DNA of 63,875 nt, counting the filler. It is 6 parts of 6 records of this genome, joined end to end, with 100 filler letters (N's around TTAATTAATTAA, not from the genome) between each part and the next. Parts side by side here need not be neighbours in the genome. Positions count along the whole stretch, not along the records: positions 41,649 to 57,948 come from SRR31156797_9466; 5 more parts are not named here. One strand, given 5' to 3'. Below are positions 43,177 to 53,200 of the stretch, in pieces. The position numbers and the translations under genes were made by a program. Every line of letters begins with the position of its first letter. The first letter of the stretch is position 1. Under the pieces are notes generated by a model. That model did not search any database. It saw only the letters and a program-made list of their open reading frames with translations, and was not told where the DNA came from.

Positions 43177-44523
43177 ATGAGAAAAATTGTAATCTATATT
43201 CTTTTTGTTGTTTTTTTTACTTCTGCCTATTCGCAGACTGTTATTAATTCGTTTAATCTGTATGATTTTATTGAAATGGATGATGGAAGTTTTATTGCTG
43301 CAGGTTCTGCAGATTTCGATTTAAATCAAAACTTTGACTTTTACTATGTAAAAATAGACCAGTTTGGAGAAACTATATGGGATAAAACAATTGATTTTGA
43401 TAATAATGATGCTTGTAAGTTTCTGGTTAATTGCGGTGATCATGTACTATTGATAGGGGAGACTGGTTATAATTCTTGTGTTACTTTTCTGATTGACGAT
43501 ATTGGTTATGTTTTTAAAAACAATACGATTAATATTCCGGGAAGTATTGTTAGTTATGACCAATATACAGATACAAGTTTACTCATAATGAACACGGAAA
43601 ATGATTTTTTTGAGGTAAGCCATAATGGTGATTCAATTTCAAGTTTTCAGAGTAATGCCATTTTTAATTATGAAAATGCAAACTCTTTTACGATTTCTCA
43701 TGATGATAATTCCTTGTTTTTATTGGGAACAAGTAGAAATTCAGCTGTGATTGATATGCATTTAATACAAGTTGGATTTAATGGTGATGTGATTGCAAAT
43801 AATATATATGATTTTGAGGCTCGTATTGATATAGGACAGTATATAATAAAGCATAGTGGCGATAATTATCTTTTAGGTGGTGGATTAGACTTTTTTAATA
43901 TGATAATGGTTGATGAACTAGGAAATGAAATATGGAAATCAGTCTATTCTCCTGAAGGATATGTAAATTATTCAATGAACATTCACATGGTTGAGACACA
44001 TGATAATGGCATATTTATGATAGGAGGCTATATAGAAGGTGATGCCGAAAATTTGTATCATGTTTATATTGTAAAAACCGATACTAATGGTGAAATAATT
44101 TGGGATTACAATTTAGATCATGATTATATTAAGCCAATAAAGGTCATACAAAGAACAGATAGTAGTTATGTTGTTCTTACAACTGATCCATTTTATTTTA
44201 AGTATACTGTTTTTATATTTGAAGAGAATGGTAATATGATTTCTTCAGCCAATAATTCAGTTAGTAATGACGACATTGATAAAGTGAATAGAATTAGTAT
44301 TTATCCTGTTCCAGCTAAAAGTAGTATCCAAGTCCATTTAGATAATTTAAAACCAGAGGTTCTTGTAGATATTTTAGATGTTAATGGACGAATTTTACTT
44401 CAGGACTGTCAAATTAATAAATCTAAGTTTTCCGTTAATATGTCTAATTTCATCAATGGCATTTATTTCATTAAGCTAACAATCGGTGACGAGATAATAA
44501 TAAAAAAAATTATTAAAGAATAA
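43177..44523 (+). CDS. T9SS type A sorting domain protein
   Basis: Signal peptide from ATG 43177; KxDxxGxxIW repeats; IYPVPA...NGIYFIKL..KKIIKE CTD; visibly more AT-rich than maeB. Confidence 0.8.
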   Translation: MRKIVIYILFVVFFTSAYSQTVINSFNLYDFIEMDDGSFIAAGSADFDLNQNFDFYYVKIDQFGETIWDKTIDFDNNDACKFLVNCGDHVLLIGETGYNSCVTFLIDDIGYVFKNNTINIPGSIVSYDQYTDTSLLIMNTENDFFEVSHNGDSISSFQSNAIFNYENANSFTISHDDNSLFLLGTSRNSAVIDMHLIQVGFNGDVIANNIYDFEARIDIGQYIIKHSGDNYLLGGGLDFFNMIMVDELGNEIWKSVYSPEGYVNYSMNIHMVETHDNGIFMIGGYIEGDAENLYHVYIVKTDTNGEIIWDYNLDHDYIKPIKVIQRTDSSYVVLTTDPFYFKYTVFIFEENGNMISSANNSVSNDDIDKVNRISIYPVPAKSSIQVHLDNLKPEVLVDILDVNGRILLQDCQINKSKFSVNMSNFINGIYFIKLTIGDEIIIKKIIKE

Positions 44524-44544
44524 AAAGAAGGCTAATATATTGAT

Positions 44545-44570
44545 ACCGGAGTGAATGCTCCGGTTTTTTT
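44545..44570 (+). repeat. Right copy of 24-bp direct repeat / terminator
   Basis: ACCGGAGTGAATGCTCCGGTTTTT identical to 43119-43142; here the T tract is T7. Confidence 0.9.
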
Positions 44571-44623
44571 ATGCTAAAAACTAAACTAAACTTCATGATT
44601 CATGTTTCTAAAGAAAAAATGCA

Positions 44624-45145
44624 ATGAAGAATATTATTATAGTTTCAGTATTAGTTTTCTTTTTTCTAAGTGCTGCCTCACAGCCTATTGATAAAGAAAG
44701 TTCAAAAGTTTTATTTGAGATTGGAAACTTTAGAATTAATACAGTAGAAGGAACCTTTCATGGTTTGCATGGTAAAGTGAATTTCAATCCGAATGATTTA
44801 GTAAATAGTGAATTTGACGTTTGTATTGATGCCTCTACAGCAAACACCGAAAATAATAGTAGAGATAAGCACTTAAGAGGAGAGGATTTTTTTAATGTGA
44901 AAGTTTATCCTGAGATATGTATAAAGGTTAATTCCATTGAGAAATTGAATGGTAAATATATGGCTGATTCAGAATTAACCATGTTGGGTGTGACCCGCTC
45001 AGTTGATATTCCTTTTGTTTACGAAAATAATACGTTAACCGGAACTTTTGAGGTGAAAAGGCTAGATTATGGCTTAGGTAAAGGTACTGGAACCTTTACC
45101 GTTTCTAATGATGTGAAGATTACCATTGTTTGTGTCCTAAAATGA
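44624..45145 (+). CDS. YceI-family protein
   Basis: Signal peptide; VEGTF, RDKHLRGEDFF, LTMLGVT, RLDYGLG. Confidence 0.9.
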   Translation: MKNIIIVSVLVFFFLSAASQPIDKESSKVLFEIGNFRINTVEGTFHGLHGKVNFNPNDLVNSEFDVCIDASTANTENNSRDKHLRGEDFFNVKVYPEICIKVNSIEKLNGKYMADSELTMLGVTRSVDIPFVYENNTLTGTFEVKRLDYGLGKGTGTFTVSNDVKITIVCVLK

Positions 45146-45231
45146 ACAGTTATTTGATTGTTTAACCTTTTGCTAAACAAATTGTACAATTTTTGCTTTT
45201 AACAGACACATAAGAAAGGAAAAGGAAGAAG

Positions 45232-47652
45232 ATGAAAAATTATAAAATTGTAATTATTGCAATGTTGCTTTTTATTGGAATTAGTCTAAATGCTAATACA
45301 GAAGCAGCCAAAAAACATATATTATTTGGTTTTGTAGTTGATGCCACAAATGGAAAACCATTAGAATACGCAACAGTTAAATTGCTCAATATTTCAGATA
45401 GTGCACTCATTACTGGTGTCGTTACAAATTTGAATGGTGAGTTTTTGTTGGAAACAAAACTAGATGGGGAGTTTTTACTGCAAGTGAATTATTTAGGGTA
45501 TCAAAAAAGCATTCAAACTATTGTAGTTAAAAAGGCATTTAGAAATATTGATTTGGGCACAATTCGCTTACAACCTGCTGCAGAAAACCTTTCAGAGGTT
45601 ACCGTTGTGGCCAATGAAAATGCAGTAGATTATAAAATAGATAAGAAAGTATTGCATGTGTCGCAACAATACACTGCAGCGTCAGGTTCAGCAGTGGATG
45701 TCCTTCAAAATGCACCAGCCGTGCAGGTTGATGTGGAGGGCAATGTGGCATTGCGTGGTAATTCCAGTTTTACGGTGCTAATTGACGGGAGGCCAACCGT
45801 TTTGGAGTCTACTGAGGCATTGGAACAAATACCCGCTGCTATGATTCAGGATATCGAAATTATTACGAATCCATCAGCCAAATATGATCCAGAGGGTACT
45901 GCCGGAATTATTAATATTATCACAAAAAAGAGATCCTTAGAAGGAGTTAATGGTATTGTAAATGCAAATATTGGACTAGACGATAAATATGGTGCTGATG
46001 TTTTATTGAATTTAAGGACTGAAAAATTCAATTATTTTATTGCTGCAGATTACAATAACAGAAATTATCCCGGTACTATGGAAGAAGAGACAGAGTTTTA
46101 TTCTGATCCCTTAAAATTTCGTACTGCAGATGGAGATCGTATGAGAGGTCGCGAACGTTATAGTATGAGAGGTGGTATTGAGTGGTTTCCAAATGAGAAA
46201 AATACTTTTGTGCTAAGCGGCCGTATGGGGCATCGGTCACATGAATGGAAAACTGAAACCGAATTTAATGAATGGACTTCTGCTGATCCTACAGTTTTCA
46301 GATCGTATAGTATTGAAGATGGCGGTCGTGGTGGAAATTTTTATTCCGTTTCAGCTGATTATGTGCATCAGTTTTCCGGACCAAAACATAAGTTCGATGC
46401 TAACTTCATGTTGTATAGTCGTGATGGTGATGATGAAACGCTAAATACTTTAGAAGATGTTTTGGGTAATATTATTGACGGGCAAATTTCTGGTGAATAT
46501 GGACCTTCTTCAGGTTTTAGATACCGTGCCAATTATATGCAACCCTATAGCAAACTAGTAAATATTGAGGCTGGGTTGCAGGGACGTTATCGTAATTCGC
46601 AAGAAACAAATGAAGTGTTTTATTACAACATTGCAACTGAAGAATATGAGTTTCAGGATGCATTTAGCAATGATGTGCAATATTTACAAAATATCCATGC
46701 AGCCTATGCGCTAAGTAGTGGTGAATGGAATAATTTCGGATATCAGTTGGGCTTTAGAGCAGAATATACATTGCGCGAAATAAAATTGAATAATACAGGC
46801 GAGACCTTTGATATTGACCGAATAGATTTTTTCCCAACTACACATTTATCATACAATGTAAATGATAACAATCAGTTTATGGCCAGTTATAGTCGCCGAA
46901 TTGATCGCCCACGTGGATGGTTTTTAGAGCCTTTTGTAACATGGGAAGACGCGTTTAACGTGCGCAGTGGTAATCCTGATTTGAAACCAGAATATATCGA
47001 TGCATATGAAGTTGGGTACCAATTGAATTTTGGTAAACATGCGCTTACAACAGAGCTATATTACCGTAAAAAGAAGAACAATATTGAGCGTGTGCGGGAT
47101 ATATGGCCAGGTTCAGATGATATTATCTTAGCTACGTTTGCTAATGTGGGTAACGATCACTCATTGGGAACGGAGATAATGCTTAATCTGAAGCTGGCAA
47201 AGTGGTGGGCTTCAGATATTTCAGGTAATTTCTTTGACTATAGAGTTGAGGGTGAGTATAATGGAGAAAGCTTTGATAAAAATAGTTTCACCTACAATGT
47301 ACGTTGGAATAACACATTTACACCTTTCGAAAATACCCGTATCCAGATTAATCCGGCCTATTATGGACCAGAGGTAGAACCACAGGATGAGGAAAAACCA
47401 TATTTTAGGGTGGATGGCGCTGTCCGCCAATCGTTTTTGCAAAAGAAGCTTCAAGTTACACTCCAGGTTAGGGATATTTTTGCAACAGCAAAATGGGAAG
47501 CAACTACAGAGACTAATGCATTCTATAAACACAGACTCTACAAATACAGAGCACCAATTGTAATGTTAAATTTAACATGGCGCATCAATAATTATAAAAG
47601 TAAAAAGCCTGAAGGAGATATGATGAATGGTGGTGGAATGGGAGAGGAATAA
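45232..47652 (+). CDS. TonB-dependent receptor / OMP beta-barrel family 3 with N-terminal CarboxypepD_reg-like domain
   Basis: PLEYATV, IEIITNPSAKYDPEGTAGIINI plug motif, GNPDLKPE. Confidence 0.88.
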   Translation: MKNYKIVIIAMLLFIGISLNANTEAAKKHILFGFVVDATNGKPLEYATVKLLNISDSALITGVVTNLNGEFLLETKLDGEFLLQVNYLGYQKSIQTIVVKKAFRNIDLGTIRLQPAAENLSEVTVVANENAVDYKIDKKVLHVSQQYTAASGSAVDVLQNAPAVQVDVEGNVALRGNSSFTVLIDGRPTVLESTEALEQIPAAMIQDIEIITNPSAKYDPEGTAGIINIITKKRSLEGVNGIVNANIGLDDKYGADVLLNLRTEKFNYFIAADYNNRNYPGTMEEETEFYSDPLKFRTADGDRMRGRERYSMRGGIEWFPNEKNTFVLSGRMGHRSHEWKTETEFNEWTSADPTVFRSYSIEDGGRGGNFYSVSADYVHQFSGPKHKFDANFMLYSRDGDDETLNTLEDVLGNIIDGQISGEYGPSSGFRYRANYMQPYSKLVNIEAGLQGRYRNSQETNEVFYYNIATEEYEFQDAFSNDVQYLQNIHAAYALSSGEWNNFGYQLGFRAEYTLREIKLNNTGETFDIDRIDFFPTTHLSYNVNDNNQFMASYSRRIDRPRGWFLEPFVTWEDAFNVRSGNPDLKPEYIDAYEVGYQLNFGKHALTTELYYRKKKNNIERVRDIWPGSDDIILATFANVGNDHSLGTEIMLNLKLAKWWASDISGNFFDYRVEGEYNGESFDKNSFTYNVRWNNTFTPFENTRIQINPAYYGPEVEPQDEEKPYFRVDGAVRQSFLQKKLQVTLQVRDIFATAKWEATTETNAFYKHRLYKYRAPIVMLNLTWRINNYKSKKPEGDMMNGGGMGEE

Positions 47653-47761
47653 TTAGCGGTTGATAAATTAGATTCTGTATAAATTACTGCTATATAGCTA
47701 ACTAGTTTTAATTTTTTCGAAAGTATATTACTTTTGCATTAGTAATTCAAAATGAAAACAT

Positions 47762-48430
47762 ATGCAAAAGATATCTTTACTACTCTTATTATTTTTATTT
47801 GCAATTTCAGGATTTGCCCAATATTCAGATGGGGATGTGACTATAGGTATGTCAACTAATTTTGGCAACTTAGCTGCAGGCCCTGAAATGGTTGGTTTTG
47901 GTTTTAGTAGCACAACAATAGAGGTTCCGGTAGATTATAGCGATGCTACCACTACAGCTAAAGTAGATATGTATGGAGCGAATATCGCTGCTAAAATTGG
48001 TATTGGAGACGCTGACCGCTTAATGTTTGGACTTAATGTAAATTTGTACTATAATACTACACTAAAAAATAGATTTAATTATAGAAAAGATGTTTTTGTA
48101 GGATCAGTTAGTCCATTTGTTAGAGCACTTATATATTCAAAAAATAAGTTGGGCTTTTATATCGAGGGGAATGCAGGACTTGGTATAGCTGATTCAAATT
48201 TTTATAACGGCGGCTCGTCATATTTTACATTATTAGGTCTAACACCTGGGATGTCAATTAAAATATCTGAAAGGCTTCTAATGGATTTAGCTATCAGTTA
48301 CGATTATACGAAAGAGCAAGAGGAAATCTCTAGTGTGAACTCAGATTTATCTGCTAGCACTAATTCTATAGCTTTTGAATTTGGTATAATAGGAGTATTA
48401 AGCAAAAAGAAAAAAAATGAAGTTAATTAA
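47762..48430 (+). CDS. Small outer-membrane beta-barrel protein
   Basis: Signal peptide; alternating beta strands; paralog of 49406-50071; TACTTTTG -7 element at 47729-47736. Confidence 0.65.
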   Translation: MQKISLLLLLFLFAISGFAQYSDGDVTIGMSTNFGNLAAGPEMVGFGFSSTTIEVPVDYSDATTTAKVDMYGANIAAKIGIGDADRLMFGLNVNLYYNTTLKNRFNYRKDVFVGSVSPFVRALIYSKNKLGFYIEGNAGLGIADSNFYNGGSSYFTLLGLTPGMSIKISERLLMDLAISYDYTKEQEEISSVNSDLSASTNSIAFEFGIIGVLSKKKKNEVN

Positions 48431-49382
48431 AACACTTTTTATAATTTTTTTTGTTTCACTCCTGGTTTCTTGTGAAAAAAAGGAGTCTGATTTTATAATG
48501 CCTGATTCCATTGAGATTAGGCATATCTATAGAGATAAAGCAGAATGGACTAGATTAGAAGTTGAGGAGGGGTATCTACCTTTTAACGATATTAATTTGC
48601 AGTTAGGTCCAATTTATAAACTTTCAATTTGGGAAAAAGAAACCGATTTTCTTGTGTATGAGGTTGAAACACGAGGTAACGGTGTGAGATTGGATCTTGA
48701 CTACAACACAAATTACTACAGCCGGGTAGTCGCTAGATATAGTGAATCTGATATATTGGAAAGTCCAACAAAGTATTTTAAAACCAGGCTTCATCATGAT
48801 GATGGTGCTACACTATATACCCAGCATGAAGTTGATTCTTTCGGTAGTTTGAATATTCAAATTGTTGAGAGATATTTAGATTTAAGAAATGATGATTTAG
48901 ATCCGATTGTTGATTTATCTCCATTAAATGGAATCTACGAAATTGATGACTTGACAATTTACTGTGATCATGTTCAGTCTATTGATGGATTTGATAGCCT
49001 AAGGAAAGCATACCTAATTTCTATTGGTGGTATGTCCAATCTGGAGAGTATTACTGGTTTTAAATCGTTAGATTCTGTTTCTGATTTTAATGTTTTTGGG
49101 AATCCCTCTTTACAATCTATATCTGGTTTTAATAATCTTATTTATATTGGGTATTGGGGTTTAGATGTTGACGATAATGATTTATTGTATTCAATTGACG
49201 GCTTTGAGCGTTTAAATCATATCAAAGGTGATTTTATAGTGGAAAGAAATGATTCTTTTAATGATTGGTGTGGCTTCCAAAACTTTTTCATCAACGGATA
49301 TTTAGGTGGCTTATATGAAGTTGAAGATAATCTTTACAACCCTACCATTGAAGAAATCATAAATATGGACTGCGATAAATAA
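48417..49382 (+). CDS. Lipoprotein with FN3-like and receptor L-domain (LRR-like) repeats
   Basis: Lipobox LVSC; TQHEVDSFG; repeated LxSIxGFxxL; DNLYNPTIEEI...C end. Confidence 0.7.
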   Translation: MKLIKTLFIIFFVSLLVSCEKKESDFIMPDSIEIRHIYRDKAEWTRLEVEEGYLPFNDINLQLGPIYKLSIWEKETDFLVYEVETRGNGVRLDLDYNTNYYSRVVARYSESDILESPTKYFKTRLHHDDGATLYTQHEVDSFGSLNIQIVERYLDLRNDDLDPIVDLSPLNGIYEIDDLTIYCDHVQSIDGFDSLRKAYLISIGGMSNLESITGFKSLDSVSDFNVFGNPSLQSISGFNNLIYIGYWGLDVDDNDLLYSIDGFERLNHIKGDFIVERNDSFNDWCGFQNFFINGYLGGLYEVEDNLYNPTIEEIINMDCDK

Positions 49383-49405
49383 CTATTCATTCTAATTATA
49401 AATAG

Positions 49406-50071
49406 ATGAGGACAACATTAATAATTGCTACGATTTTATTTGTTTCAAAAATGGGATTTGCTCAGTTTGATGTAGGTGAATGGAAATTGGGCTTATCTAC
49501 AAATATTGGGGCTACTAATAATGGCCCTGAAGTTATTAAGTTTGGATTTGGACAGTCTAAAATGCTGTATCAATATAAAAACAATAGCGGCACAGTTTAT
49601 ACTGACAGAGATTACTTCAATACCTTTGGTGTAAATTTATCACCAAGGGTAGGATATACTTTTTGGAATAATGGCATAGCAGGTATTGATTTACATTATA
49701 ATTATGGTAAAGTGCTAAAAAACGAACATGATTATGAGTTGGAACAAGTTATAGGAGGTGCTGGTTTGTTTTTAAGAGGCTACTTTGTAAGCATAAAAAA
49801 GATAAATTTATTTCTTGAGGCTAGTAGTGGTTATTCAAGATCCAAATATAGATCAAGCATTGAATCTGTAAAAAGCCGTATGTTTAATTATGGATTGATG
49901 CCCGGGTTAACCTTTTTTATAGGGGAGAAATTTTCAATTGACATGGGTATTGCATATGATTTTATTAATGAAAAGATTCTTTCAACTATGCCGTACGATG
50001 TGCTTAAAGGAAATCGAAGTGATTTTCATTCACTAACTTTCGAAGTTGGTTTTATTGGAACAATTAATTAG
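49406..50071 (+). CDS. Small outer-membrane beta-barrel protein
   Basis: Signal peptide; NLSPRVGY, FLRGYF, PGLTFF, SIDMGIAY. Confidence 0.7.
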   Translation: MRTTLIIATILFVSKMGFAQFDVGEWKLGLSTNIGATNNGPEVIKFGFGQSKMLYQYKNNSGTVYTDRDYFNTFGVNLSPRVGYTFWNNGIAGIDLHYNYGKVLKNEHDYELEQVIGGAGLFLRGYFVSIKKINLFLEASSGYSRSKYRSSIESVKSRMFNYGLMPGLTFFIGEKFSIDMGIAYDFINEKILSTMPYDVLKGNRSDFHSLTFEVGFIGTIN

Positions 50072-50234
50072 GTTGTTTTTTTTCAAACCTAAAGTTGGTA
50101 TTTCGTTTTCATCTCGTCCACCGCTGCAACTATCTGTTAATGATATCACAAATTTTATATAGAGAGTAAAATATCTAAACATCTCCATAACTATTCTGTT
50201 TAATGTTCAGGATAAAAAATTAAACAAAGTAGTT

Positions 50235-53200
50235 ATGAATAGAATCGTACTTTTAGCAATACTAATGTGGTCATTGACCGCAACTGCACAGCAGCTCTTT
50301 CCTCCAACGAATTTGAATAGTGAGGTTAATGAGCAAAATGTCATTCTTACATGGAATGAACCCGATACAGTTTTAACAGAAACGCTTACATATTCAAGCG
50401 GAATAAATATTAGTTCAGTTGGACTAGGTGGAGCGGGATCCTTTGCGGTGGCTGCTCGTTTTACCCCAAATCAATTATCACTATATGATGGCATGGCTAT
50501 TTCTAAAGTCACACTTTTTATTGCTGATAATACTGATGATATTAATCTTAAAATATGGAAAGGGCCCAATGCAGACTCGTTGGCCTACATTCAGAATATT
50601 GATGATGTTACCATAAATACATTCGATGAAATTTTCTTGGATGCACCTTATCAAATTGATGCGTCTGACGAGCTTTGGATCGGTTACGAAGTAACTGGTA
50701 GTGATTCTTTTTTCCCTGCAGGTTTTGACGAAGGGCCTGCTGTAAGTGGTTTTGGCGATATGCTCTATTTTGACGGTGAATGGTTTTCCGGTGCTGAAAT
50801 AGGATTTGATGGAAATTGGAACATCATTGCGCATATTGCAGTTGATAGCAAACTTCCGGTTTATGCCGGGTTGCCCGTGAAAGAAGAAATGAATTTTGAG
50901 TCTTCTACAGCAAAATTAGCTAAAGTAACTACCGAAACATTTTATCTGGAAGATTTTCAAACCCGCTCAATAGAAGACCTTTTGGGATACAACATATATA
51001 AAAACGAAGTAAAATTGAATGAAAATCCGGTTGCTGATCTAACATTTACAGATATTGATGTGGCAGACGGATTATATACCTATGAAGTTACTGCTGAATA
51101 CAACGAAGGAGAAAGTTTACCCGTAAGTACTACAGCATATATTGGAGATTTGGCATTTATTGTAGAACCTGCCGAAATACAAGATACAGTTCATATTAAT
51201 GAATCAGCACAATATGTGTTGACCGTAACCAATACACAGGATATTGCCGTTTCATGGATGGCGAATGTGAATCATGAGTTTATGTTTGCTCACCCTCAAT
51301 CAGGAAGTCTAAATGCAGGCGAAACAATTGACATTGCACTTTTTGTTTTCAATTATAATATTAATGAAATTGCAACCATAGAAGATGAAATTGAGTTTGT
51401 GGAGATCAATCAAGGTTTTCCATTGGCTACTGTTCCGGTATCAATCACCTTCAAAGGTGGCCCTCTTTTATCCGTTTGGCCTCATGAATTGTATTTTGGT
51501 GATGTGTATTTAGGAACTCAAGCTTCTCATTATGTAAGTATTTCAAATAGCGGAACTGATACTTTGGTTGTAAATGATATTACCAGCAGTACAACAAGCC
51601 TAAATGTAGATGTGGAACTACCAATTGTATTACCTCCTCATGAATATATTTACACCTATGCCACCTTTACAGGTGATACATTGGGTGAAGTAGAAGAGGA
51701 AATCATTATTTCAAGTAATGATGAAAGTAATCCTACTTTTTCTATTCCTGTTTATGCTAATGTAGGTCTTGAGCCTCCGGTTTATTTATTTGGAGAAGTT
51801 GAAGATAGTACCAACGTGAAGTTGGAATGGGATATGGCGCTTAATTTTGATGAGAATTGGTTTGGCTGGGGAAGCAACCAAAACTATTCAGCTGTTGGTT
51901 TAGGAAGCGATGGTGTTTATTATATAGCGCAAAAATTCAATCCTGAAGATTTAACAGAATTAAACGGACAAACATTGTCAAGCGTAGCCTTTTTCCCTTA
52001 TGGTATTTTATCTACCTATACTGTTCACGTATGGCAAGGCGATGGAAATACTGATCCATGGGTGAGTCAGGCTGTAGATAACTATCAATCGTATATTTGG
52101 AATGAGGTTGAGCTAGAAACACCAATAACTATTTCTGATGATCAGGAATTATGGATTGCCATTGAGATTTATAATGCAGAATGGGAGTATCCAATTGGAA
52201 TTGATATGGGACCAGCAGTTGAAGGAAAAGGAGATTTGTTGAATATTGGAGATGGATGGCAGAGTTTCGGTTGGGGATATAATTGGAATATCAAAGCGTA
52301 TGCTACTGACAATCAGGGTGGAATAAAGCAGCCATTGGCAACAAACCGCGAAAAATTAGATAAATATAACACACAAAATAGTTTTGTTGAAATACCAGCC
52401 AAACCTCAGTTAAACCTAAGAAATGGTGCCGATTTTCTTGGCTTCAATGTATACCGGGATGGTACACAATTGAATACTGAAATGCTAACGGTTAAAGAAT
52501 ACACCGATTTTGATGTGCAAGATGGTATTTATGAATATGGTGTAACTGCTGTTTATGATATTGGTGAGAGTGATCAAACAACTAAGATCATACAAACAGC
52601 TGTTCCAGGTATCGTTTTCAATCCTGAAGTTATTATGGGTAATGTAGATGCTGGAGAAAATACAACGTTTGATTTTACAATTTCAAATGATGGAGATATT
52701 GATCTTGAATTTACCTTTAGTAATTATTACAGTTACTACTTTACCGTAAGTCCTGAATCAGGAATTGTGGCACCTGGCCAAACTATTGATATGGAATTAA
52801 TTGTTGATGGTACATATTTATATCCAGGCCAATTTGAGACAGTATTGGGTTTTGAAATCAATAATATAAATGCGCCTTATGCTGAATTGCCAATTCAATT
52901 AATGGTAGGAAGTGCTGGAAATGTTGAAGTTACTGTCGATTCACTTGATTTTGGTCAAACATTGGCTGGAAATACAGTTGTGCGCTATGTTGAACTGACG
53001 AACCCAGGCAACGGATATGCATACATAGACAACGTTTCAACAGGGACACCTGAATTTGCAGCTTATGCTTATTCACTTTATTTGTATCCAAATGAAACAT
53101 TGCAATTACCGGTTTATTTCATGCCTGGCAGTGTTGGAACTTATGAGGATCAATTAGAAATAAGCTTATACGGTGATTCAACTATCGTGATAGATTTATT

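Noticed and set aside
47656-50125. Weak inverted repeat (AGCGGTTGA / TCCACCGCT) flanking the OMP trio
   Set aside because: Only 8 of 9 bp, no target duplication or transposase
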